Shown: positions 46,817 to 55,182 of the stretch, piece by piece | How the letters are laid out: the number at the start of each line of letters is the position of its first letter | Position numbering within the stretch: the first letter of the stretch is position 1 | Source: a virus | Lineage: Duplodnaviria > Heunggongvirae > Uroviricota > Caudoviricetes | Strand: one strand, 5' to 3' | Virus record (IMG/VR): IMGVR_UViG_2862035965_000001 | DNA length: 64,000 nt | Translations under genes and position numbers: made by a program | The notes under the pieces: generated by a model | The model's database searches: none | What the model saw: the letters and a program-made list of their open reading frames with translations, nothing else | Told to the model about the DNA's origin: nothing

Positions 46817-49342
46817 TTAGAAGAACACTCCACCAGCGACCAAGCCGGCAATCAGCGCCGTAACAGCACTACCGACAATCATGAAAACGTAGCTTTGATC
46901 TTTCTGCTTCAAAGACTCAACAAAGCTCATCGAGTTCGCCTCAGCCTGATCCGAACGCTCACGCTCGGCAGCCATTTCAATCTCGTGTACTTCATTGTTT
47001 GCACGAATCTGTTCTTCCATACGCTTCAACGCCGCTTCAGCATCTAGGCGTGCGGTGGTAATTTCTCGCTCAGCACGTTCTTCCGATGCAGCGACAATAG
47101 TGTCGCGACGCTTAAGCTCTGCTGCAAACTCCTTCTCCTGGCGCTCAAGTGCCTGTCGCTGGGAGGCGATCATCTTGTCAGTCTCGACGCGGATACCCTC
47201 GATGCGCTCTTCGGCTTCCTTGGTTAGCTGTGCCACGCGATTATCCGCAGCAAGCTTCTGCTCATTCACCGATGCCAAACGCAGATCATCTTCGCGGTGA
47301 TCAGCAATAAACTTGTCAAGGTCACCAATGAAACCGTCGAAAGTTGCTCGTTGCAGTTCCGCCTGGCGCTCCACAATGGGTCGCAGCTCGTCAATAATGC
47401 GAGATTCTGCAGCGTTAGCCCGTTCACCAGCACGTGCACGACGCAGTGTGTTCATGCGTGCTGTGTAATCCTCAATAGTGCGATCCCGCAGGCTCGTCAG
47501 CTCTCGACCTACTGCCTCAAGTGATGCAGTATGCCGTGGCATATGGCGGCGGTCGTACTCCACGCGCTGTTCTGCGATCTTTGCCATGACATATTCTTCA
47601 CGGTTCGCCTCATACTCCTGCTGCAATTGCTGACGACGCTCTGACTCCACGCGCTGTTGATCACCAGCCATAACATCGCGGTCACGCTCAATGGCGCGGT
47701 AAACCTCGTAGAATTCGGAATCCTTATTATCCAGTCCAAGATCACGAGCGATCTCAAGATTAGAGCGATCGTTTAGAGCAATATACATCGCGCGTACTTC
47801 TTCATAATCACGCTGATGCTGGTCAAGCAGCTGACCATTAAATACCGTCACCAATGTACGAAGCTGATCACCTAACCACGGTGTAGTCTCCTGGAATTGC
47901 GGCATCGCTACCTGGAACGGTGCCCTAGTCAGAGCGTTATTGAAGTTTGCTTCATCGACATACAGCCCCAAGTCGTCATTAACATAACGTTTGGTGACAG
48001 CATCGCCCACTTGATCAGCGTCAAAGCTTCGGTCATCAGCTGCGTGCACCTGCGCCAATGCTGCCTGAGAATCCTGAACCGGATTGTAAGCCAGTGCTTG
48101 TGCAAGATCTTCTCGCAGAGCATTCAGCTCTGAACCAGTCTTTGCTTGCACGGACTCAGACACACCACGAATCAGCGCCTGGATCTGCTCATCAGACATA
48201 CCGGCTACTGGTGCTGGTGCTACACCAGATGCACCAAAATCTGGCTCATCGTCACCGCCGAAAGGATCGTCTTCTACTACATCACCAAAAGGTGCCTCGT
48301 CATCGTCACCAAAAGGATCTGCATCGGCTACCGTTTCTGCAAGCGCCTCATCCGCGGACTCATCCTCAGGCTCGGTAGCCTCTACATCGTCAATACCAAA
48401 ACCATCACTGAAATCCGGCGTATCCACCTGTTCTGCTAGTTCGGCATCATCAAGGCTCGCAATAACCACTGTGTCATGGGACTCCTGTGCATCAGCATCC
48501 ACTACGTCTGCGCTGTGAAGCACCGGCTGTGGCGCTACATGATGCTTGCCCTGCAACTTGGTGAACACGTGCACAATATTGTCAATGATCTCTGCACTGC
48601 TCGGATAGGAGCCCGCATTAAGCTTTTCGCGAATGAGATCATCAGTGATAACTCCCGCTGCATTGACACCCTCAAGACCATAGGGCACGTCACCATCTTC
48701 GTCATCAATATCTACCTCCGAGGTCTCGTTCAATACCTCCAAGAACGTCGCGATAACCTCGAAATCAACCACGTCTTCGAGGTCAGTCGCACCACTAAGT
48801 ACGTCACCAACCTCTGCAAAAATGTCACCGCGTGCCGAAGCGCTGTTTTTCGCTGGCACCTTGAACACCACCAGCTCACCCGTATCCGGTTCAATTGCAG
48901 CGACACCGTAGTGCCAGCGCGCCTTGTTGCGCAGCAGATCAAATTCATCCATACGATCAAAAGAGGCTTCATCTGGAATGACACCGAGTACATCATTATC
49001 GAGCAGTTCAGGCGTAACCACAGAATGAATATCATCGTTGATCACCAGATTGATGATCGTGCCCTTATCCTCATTGCTCTTTTCTTTGGCATTGAGCCCA
49101 CCGAATTGTGGATCGTGAGTTGGTAGCAGCATGACTACCCAACCGGTCTCACCTGGCAAGGCGAATGCGTCATTGCGACGCATAACCTCGACTGCAGCAC
49201 CTGGTTCGGTTTCCTGAATGACCGAAGCGAGTCGTTCTTCTTTGCGCAATGGCTTTAGTGCCGCATCGCCAGAAACAGCCCCCTCCCCCACTCCATGAGA
49301 GTTTTTCGCTTTGGTAAAGCGATTTTTCAATGAATCGAGCAT
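46817..49342 (-). CDS. Large acidic/coiled-coil protein with C-terminal membrane anchor
   Basis: 841 aa with a D/E-rich middle, long heptad region and terminal YVFMIVGSAVTALIAGLVAGGVFF helix; in the conjugation-type cluster. Confidence 0.75.
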   Translation of the reverse strand: MLDSLKNRFTKAKNSHGVGEGAVSGDAALKPLRKEERLASVIQETEPGAAVEVMRRNDAFALPGETGWVVMLLPTHDPQFGGLNAKEKSNEDKGTIINLVINDDIHSVVTPELLDNDVLGVIPDEASFDRMDEFDLLRNKARWHYGVAAIEPDTGELVVFKVPAKNSASARGDIFAEVGDVLSGATDLEDVVDFEVIATFLEVLNETSEVDIDDEDGDVPYGLEGVNAAGVITDDLIREKLNAGSYPSSAEIIDNIVHVFTKLQGKHHVAPQPVLHSADVVDADAQESHDTVVIASLDDAELAEQVDTPDFSDGFGIDDVEATEPEDESADEALAETVADADPFGDDDEAPFGDVVEDDPFGGDDEPDFGASGVAPAPVAGMSDEQIQALIRGVSESVQAKTGSELNALREDLAQALAYNPVQDSQAALAQVHAADDRSFDADQVGDAVTKRYVNDDLGLYVDEANFNNALTRAPFQVAMPQFQETTPWLGDQLRTLVTVFNGQLLDQHQRDYEEVRAMYIALNDRSNLEIARDLGLDNKDSEFYEVYRAIERDRDVMAGDQQRVESERRQQLQQEYEANREEYVMAKIAEQRVEYDRRHMPRHTASLEAVGRELTSLRDRTIEDYTARMNTLRRARAGERANAAESRIIDELRPIVERQAELQRATFDGFIGDLDKFIADHREDDLRLASVNEQKLAADNRVAQLTKEAEERIEGIRVETDKMIASQRQALERQEKEFAAELKRRDTIVAASEERAEREITTARLDAEAALKRMEEQIRANNEVHEIEMAAERERSDQAEANSMSFVESLKQKDQSYVFMIVGSAVTALIAGLVAGGVFF

Positions 49343-49389
49343 AACCCCTGCTTTCCGCTGTATTTCGAGAATCTACATATGTCGAAAAC

Positions 49390-49436
49390 TATTAAAGTCG
49401 CGTAATTAATATAACACTAATTACGCGACTTTAATA
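49390..49436. repeat. Perfect 19-bp AT-rich inverted repeat
   Basis: TATTAAAGTCGCGTAATTA-(9 nt)-TAATTACGCGACTTTAATA in an intergenic region. Confidence 0.85.
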
Positions 49437-49482
49437 TTGAGTTTCTTTGTGTTTATAACTTATTCAAGCGACCCCAGAGTAA

Positions 49483-51270
49483 TTACCCCTCTACACGCTT
49501 AATCACCACACGTGCTGTAGACACACGGTTGGTCTTATTACGCATCTGACCATCGACATCAACGTAAATGTCACGCACCTCGGGGTAGGTATTAATAAAG
49601 GTTGCGACCTCGGTGACTACTTCCCGCTGCAAAGATCGCACCGCACCACGGGCACCACCGGACTCCGCACTTTCCTCCACCTGATCCACCAACAAGAACT
49701 CCATCACCTTGTGCGAACAGTGCATAACCACACCATGTCGTGCGTATACCTCACTAGCCACATCTTTGAGCTTTTTGGTGATAATCCTGTCCTGCGTCGT
49801 TTCCGATAGTGGTTGAAACGGCACAATCTCATCCACACGCCCAAGAAGTTCTGGTGGAAAGCCTTTATTTTTGATTGACGTATGAATGTTTTTAATAAAG
49901 TCTTTAATTGCTCGTCCATCACCTGTGTCATCAGTGGCGTAATTCGAAATAGTCTCGAAAATCTCAGAACCAGCGTTGGTTGTCATAACAATATAGGTAT
50001 TAAGAAAACTCACCTCGCGGTTGTAATCATCAGATAATCGACCATCATCAAGTACTTGCAGCAAAAGCCGTGCAATAGCTCGGTCAGCCTTTTCTACTTC
50101 ATCGAGCAGAACAATGGCATTACCCTGGTCTGCCACGCGGCGCGTGAGTTCAGACCTAAACAGATCTAGACTTGATTCCAAGGCAAATTCCGACATATCA
50201 AATCGAATAAGGCGCCCGGTATCATCACCAAACAGTACTCGTGCCAACTGCTTAACTAGCTCTGTTTTACCCACACCAGTGGGGCCAGTGAACAAAAAAT
50301 TCGACAGTGGCCTGGACTTATCATGAAGATCGGCCACCACCAGCTGCAAACGACGTGCTACCACAGTCGTAGCGAGACTTTGCGCCATCACTTTCTCATC
50401 AAGCTTGTCTTTAATGCTCGTACCATCGACCTTGAAGGCAATATCCACACCAATAGCATCGTGGAGCACATCGCCCAGCAGATCCATATCCATCGGCTTG
50501 CCAGAGAGTCGATGCCAACCCACCATTGCATCAAGGACGCGAATTGATTTACGAGGCTGGACAGAACTCGGCATAAAACGCTCAGTGGTGGAGTAAATCT
50601 GCTCAAAAACGTGATCGTCATAAAACTGATCGCTTACACCATAACGATCCGCCATACCACGCAAAATCGCCACAGTGGTCTTCTGATCGGTCGGTGTTAG
50701 TCGAATTTCCTGCAAGCGCTCCGTCAATGCTTGGTTCGGCCTGATGTGCTCATGAAATTCTTCCAACGTGGTCGCAGCGATAACACGCACACCAAGCACG
50801 CCTGACATCGCCAAAATCGGCTTAATTGCCTCTACCGCAGCAGTAGACAGCTGCACAATTTGGTGAAACTCGTCAATAAAGAGCACCAGCTCATGACCCT
50901 CGTGCTTGCGATAAGCAATAGCGTCTTCAAACACACCTTTAATGCGTGCTGCCATCTGCGCCGGCGTGCTCAAATCCGCAACCATTTTCGCTACATCGAC
51001 CTCGATATAGTTACGTTCTGGATCTTTCACCAGTGCTTGCTGCACCAACGTGGTTTTACCCGAACCCGCAGGACCAACGAGCATGACATTCGAGATCTCT
51101 GGTCGCATCAGCGCAGCCATAATCTTATTGACTTCTTCTTCGCGTCCAACAATCTCACGCACCGGTACGGCAACAGGTGCTGCATACGCGCTCAAATAGG
51201 GGTACTTGTCTTCATCAATCTCCCGATTAATCGACACACCTACCGACACACCTACCATACTCTGAGTCAT
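49483..51270 (-). CDS. Second ClpA/B-family AAA+ ATPase (no N-domain)
   Basis: NBD1 GPAGSGKT / LFIDEFHQ / AATT; NBD2 GPTGVGKT / RFDMSEF / LLDEVEKA / DDGRLSD / PELLGRVD / GARG. Confidence 0.88.
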   Translation of the reverse strand: MTQSMVGVSVGVSINREIDEDKYPYLSAYAAPVAVPVREIVGREEEVNKIMAALMRPEISNVMLVGPAGSGKTTLVQQALVKDPERNYIEVDVAKMVADLSTPAQMAARIKGVFEDAIAYRKHEGHELVLFIDEFHQIVQLSTAAVEAIKPILAMSGVLGVRVIAATTLEEFHEHIRPNQALTERLQEIRLTPTDQKTTVAILRGMADRYGVSDQFYDDHVFEQIYSTTERFMPSSVQPRKSIRVLDAMVGWHRLSGKPMDMDLLGDVLHDAIGVDIAFKVDGTSIKDKLDEKVMAQSLATTVVARRLQLVVADLHDKSRPLSNFLFTGPTGVGKTELVKQLARVLFGDDTGRLIRFDMSEFALESSLDLFRSELTRRVADQGNAIVLLDEVEKADRAIARLLLQVLDDGRLSDDYNREVSFLNTYIVMTTNAGSEIFETISNYATDDTGDGRAIKDFIKNIHTSIKNKGFPPELLGRVDEIVPFQPLSETTQDRIITKKLKDVASEVYARHGVVMHCSHKVMEFLLVDQVEESAESGGARGAVRSLQREVVTEVATFINTYPEVRDIYVDVDGQMRNKTNRVSTARVVIKRVEG

Positions 51271-51341
51271 GTCCCCACCTTTACAAAAAAGTTAATTGAG
51301 TTTAATAATCAATTAAATACTACACTTTATTAATTATTTTG

Positions 51342-51932
51342 TTAATGCAGATTATCCCCGTAAATATTGTCCCAGTGCGCAACAAAAGACTCCTCTGCCT
51401 GCTGCGCTGCACTCATGGCAGCACTCCATTGATCCAGAGACATATACACCCACGGCCCATCCATGTGCGGCGGGTACGCCTTCATGCGCATCAACCCAAA
51501 AGGGCCGACAATCATCGCAGCAGACGTGCCCAAGCACAGGCCAATAAGCACGCCGACAAAACCGCCAAAAATAAGACCTAGGGCCGGACCACCCACAATG
51601 AGTACACAGAGCGTAATAAATAGCGCCACCATGAGTTTTTTCATTGCCTCAAAGGGATACACCCGCTTCATGACCCATACATAGGGTTGTGACTCATCAG
51701 GTTGATAATGCACAAACTTAATCGTGTCTCCGCCACCACCACTATCGTCATCGCTGAAATTCACGAGCATCACCTCGGCTTCAATCTGACGTAAACCTAC
51801 AGGTACATCCAACAACCGCGCTGTACCCGCATCAAGAGTGACCAGCTCAGTGCTGTCAAGCCCAAGACTGTGAAATTGCGCTTCGAGCTCAGCAATTTTT
51901 CGATCATCATGCGATTTAGACATCGCGAACAC
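51342..51932 (-). CDS. Membrane protein
   Basis: Two Gly-rich hydrophobic helices. Confidence 0.7.
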   Translation of the reverse strand: MFAMSKSHDDRKIAELEAQFHSLGLDSTELVTLDAGTARLLDVPVGLRQIEAEVMLVNFSDDDSGGGGDTIKFVHYQPDESQPYVWVMKRVYPFEAMKKLMVALFITLCVLIVGGPALGLIFGGFVGVLIGLCLGTSAAMIVGPFGLMRMKAYPPHMDGPWVYMSLDQWSAAMSAAQQAEESFVAHWDNIYGDNLH

Positions 51933-53055
51933 CTGCTGCCACGTCTATCTGGGCACCGTCTGCATCGACTGGGTTATCAGCGTCTCTCCGCTCCGAAATT
52001 CCGCTGGTTTTATTGACATAAGCCAACACCTCATCAACCGCAGAATTATCAACGACACTAACTTCTAGCGCATTCTTCTTGTGCGCAGCCTTCGCACGGT
52101 GGTTATCTTTCTTGCGCTGCACTTTCTCCTTGTGAGCAACCTGTTTCTGTGCAGCCAGCTCCGCGAGACGTGCTTGTTTTGCAGCCTTCTTCTCGGCACG
52201 CTGTGCAATGACAGCAGCTTTCCCTGACTGCTCTGCCACAAATTCCTGTGCTTTTCGCTTACGTTCTGCCTCTTTGTCGCGCTCAGCCTGAGTCTGCTTA
52301 CGCTGTGCATCACGTTCTAGCTGTTTGGCTGCCCGAACTTTACGCTGAGATTCTTGCCTATGGTTCCACCACCCGGCGACATCGACGCCATCAGCTCGAC
52401 CAATAATGAGGCGGTCTTTTTTACGAACACTTGCCTGTGCGACACCATGAGCCTGCACGGTGACATCAAGTTTGTCCGCCACAGCACACGCGCGACATTC
52501 ACACCCGCGCAAGCCTGAACCATAATCCTCTAGCTGTGCGGGATTATTATGCAGCTCACGGCCAAGTTTGTGGTGATAGCGTCGTTGCGTTTCCACCAAC
52601 ATGTGCTGACGCAGTGACGCAATATAATTTCCAACTGCTGCTGCATCTGAGGCGACGGGCTTTTTAGCCTTCTTCGCTTCGGCTCGGGCCGCAATGTCTG
52701 CTGCAATATCGTTCTTGATACCCTCCCAGATCACCGAATCCATCTCCACAGGATCAGCTTCCTCATACACTGTGCCAGACATACGCTGCTCATAGCGCAA
52801 CAGTGCGTAGACCACCATGACAATCACCGCCACAAAAATCGGCACGTACAACAACGGCAAACCGGCACCAATAATGAGCACCAATACGGCCAGCGCACTG
52901 AGAACCCCACTGACAATGATGTGTACTGTCCACCGGGACTCCGTTATTTCTGTGACTCGTACACGGTGATCGGCTGCATCCCGTGCTACTTCGCAGCGTG
53001 TGGTGCGATTCCAGGTGTGGAGAATAACCTCATTCTCCGGCGTTCCCATTTTCAT
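51916..53055 (-). CDS. Membrane protein with basic coiled-coil tail
   Basis: Two TM helices, a CECRAC motif and a K/A-rich helix. Confidence 0.7.
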   Translation of the reverse strand: MKMGTPENEVILHTWNRTTRCEVARDAADHRVRVTEITESRWTVHIIVSGVLSALAVLVLIIGAGLPLLYVPIFVAVIVMVVYALLRYEQRMSGTVYEEADPVEMDSVIWEGIKNDIAADIAARAEAKKAKKPVASDAAAVGNYIASLRQHMLVETQRRYHHKLGRELHNNPAQLEDYGSGLRGCECRACAVADKLDVTVQAHGVAQASVRKKDRLIIGRADGVDVAGWWNHRQESQRKVRAAKQLERDAQRKQTQAERDKEAERKRKAQEFVAEQSGKAAVIAQRAEKKAAKQARLAELAAQKQVAHKEKVQRKKDNHRAKAAHKKNALEVSVVDNSAVDEVLAYVNKTSGISERRDADNPVDADGAQIDVAAGVRDV

Positions 53056-53150
53056 AACTTATTATCTACTTTCCCAATCCGAAAATATACTAATTTACTC
53101 CCCTGTAATATTAATACTTTAAAAGTAGACTTTTAAATAGCGAGAAATGG

Positions 53151-53193
53151 ACAACAACCCCGCTCCCAGCACAGCTGGAAACGGGGTTGTTGT
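53151..53193. terminator. Intrinsic terminator
   Basis: ACAACAACCCCG…CGGGGTTGTTGT downstream of the Gly-rich gene. Confidence 0.7.
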
Positions 53194-53216
53194 TTCGCCT
53201 TGAGGTCTGAGGCCTA

Positions 53217-54062
53217 CTAGACCTCGTAACCTTGGTCGTAGCTAGTGTCCACAGATCGCGACTCCTGAGGTAGCGCTACCTGTGCGATCTCAGCTCGCTG
53301 GGGCTGACCCAGATTCGCAAACTGCGGGATCTCGGTGCTGATCTCATTACTCACCTGGTTGGCACCAAACCCTGATGCAGATGTTCCAGCGTTGCTGTAG
53401 TCATCACCACCACCAAAGTAGTTTTGTGCCAGTCCTGCAAGACCGCCTGTTGCGCTACCAATGCCAGCACCGGTGAGACCACCAAGTGTCGAGTAACCAA
53501 GCCCGCCACCCTGAACGGCACCAGACAACGAGTCAGCGAGACCCTCGTGACCCGATTCGGCCAAACTATCGTGTATTTTATCGGCACCAAAGCCGGTCAC
53601 ACCGCTTGCCATCGCAGATTTCAGCACACCTGGACCACCATCTTTAAGATACGATCCCAGGCCACCGGCAATAGCGGAATATGCACTCGCCTTCATTGAG
53701 CCACCTTCGGCCTGAATCGCATCATTAGCAAGCTTGGTAAACACACCAGCACCTGCACCAGCGAGACCTTTGCCGACCATGTTGCGCGCTTTCGACGACA
53801 AACTCTGCCCGTCTTCAAAGTCGTTGTAGGCAAGCCCTGCACCTGCGGCTGCACCGGCAAGACCAGCGCCCATATTGCCATACCGACCCATGAAGCCACT
53901 ATTCTCTGCAGAGTTCTGAGCAGTATTGTTTACCTGCCCGAAGCTCATCTGCTGGTTCTGAGCTTGCTGATTGTTCTGCGAATTGCCCAAAAACTTATCT
54001 TTCGCCCATCCCGCAGCAACAGGGGCGACTGTTCCTGCGACGGCCAGAAGTGGAATTGCCAT
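53217..54062 (-). CDS. Gly/Ala-rich hypothetical protein
   Basis: 281 aa of GxxxG-rich amphipathic segments; GGAG RBS. Confidence 0.7.
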   Translation of the reverse strand: MAIPLLAVAGTVAPVAAGWAKDKFLGNSQNNQQAQNQQMSFGQVNNTAQNSAENSGFMGRYGNMGAGLAGAAAGAGLAYNDFEDGQSLSSKARNMVGKGLAGAGAGVFTKLANDAIQAEGGSMKASAYSAIAGGLGSYLKDGGPGVLKSAMASGVTGFGADKIHDSLAESGHEGLADSLSGAVQGGGLGYSTLGGLTGAGIGSATGGLAGLAQNYFGGGDDYSNAGTSASGFGANQVSNEISTEIPQFANLGQPQRAEIAQVALPQESRSVDTSYDQGYEV

Positions 54063-54102
54063 TTTATTCTTCTCCCAAAATATCTAGTAAATGAGTCCCG
54101 AG

Positions 54103-54140
54103 ACAAACACCCCAACAAATAAGTTTGCTGGGGTGTGTGT
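54103..54140. terminator. Probable terminator
   Basis: ACAAACACCCCA…TGGGGTGTGTGT imperfect stem. Confidence 0.55.
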
Positions 54141-54152
54141 GTTAAAGAACTC

Positions 54153-54965
54153 TTAGAACGGTGGTTCGTTCTCAACCTGTGGTGCTACCGGCTGCTGAGC
54201 TGCCTGTGGCGCCAAAGCTGCGGCAACTGCCGGCGGCTGAGTGAAAGGGTTTCCGGCAGGTGCTTGCGGAACCTGAGCTGCGGCTGCAGCCTGCTGAGCA
54301 GTTGCCTGTGCTACCGCATCGGCATAGACCGGAGCGCCCGCATACGCTGGCTGCTGATTCTGCATAACTGGCTGCGGTGCCACCTGTGGTGCTTGAGCCT
54401 GGGTAGCTTGGGCTTGCGCAGCCTTCTGCGCTTCCGCTGCTTGGCGATTCATAGCCACAGCCATAAATTGCTGCTGCTGGATATTCATCGCGTCTGAGAT
54501 GGGAACCCCGGATGGCTGCAAAGACTTAGTGTTCATGACCGGAGGAAGAGACTTGCCGTCCTTAGTCTTCGGGAACATGACATCTGCCTTGACCAACATG
54601 GAGTAACCGACCGTCTCACCGTCTTTACTCAAAAGCGGTGTCATCTGATTACGCCCCTGTGCAGCCACCGCCTGCATCGCCTGAATCTGCGCATCAGAAT
54701 ATGCAACGCCTGTGTTGCGCTGACCACCTTTAGTTTCAAGGTGGAGGTGAGGCATAGTCTGTGGCGCAAGATTCGCATTCGCACGAGTGCCATCAGCATC
54801 AATTGGGATCTGAGCTACCTGAACATCCGCAAAGTGAATAGTGTTACCCTTTTCGGTCACATGCTTGGCGCTGTCATAGACATTGACAACGAGATCTACA
54901 CCCTTAGTGGACGCATTCGGGTTGATGACATTGCCATCTTTATCTTTACTTCGGAAATTCGCCAT
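54153..54965 (-). CDS. Hypothetical protein with beta-rich domain, Q/A/P linker and SSB-like C-terminal tip (…ENEPPF)
   Basis: 270-aa ORF with GAAAGGG RBS; architecture seen directly in the sequence. Confidence 0.65.
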   Translation of the reverse strand: MANFRSKDKDGNVINPNASTKGVDLVVNVYDSAKHVTEKGNTIHFADVQVAQIPIDADGTRANANLAPQTMPHLHLETKGGQRNTGVAYSDAQIQAMQAVAAQGRNQMTPLLSKDGETVGYSMLVKADVMFPKTKDGKSLPPVMNTKSLQPSGVPISDAMNIQQQQFMAVAMNRQAAEAQKAAQAQATQAQAPQVAPQPVMQNQQPAYAGAPVYADAVAQATAQQAAAAAQVPQAPAGNPFTQPPAVAAALAPQAAQQPVAPQVENEPPF

Positions 54966-55182
54966 GATAAAAGCCCTTTCGCACTAGTTTGTTTGGGACT
55001 TTGTTTATGACTTCCCAAACAATTCTTATTAAGTATTAATGTGAAGCATAATCATCTTGTCAAATAAATGCAATACTTTTTTCGAAAACTTATGAAATTT
55101 ATTTACACCTGTTTGAATAGATTTTTTAAACAAAAAAAGAACACATCGACTTAATACATGTCAAAGTTTTCTTTTTAATCAA

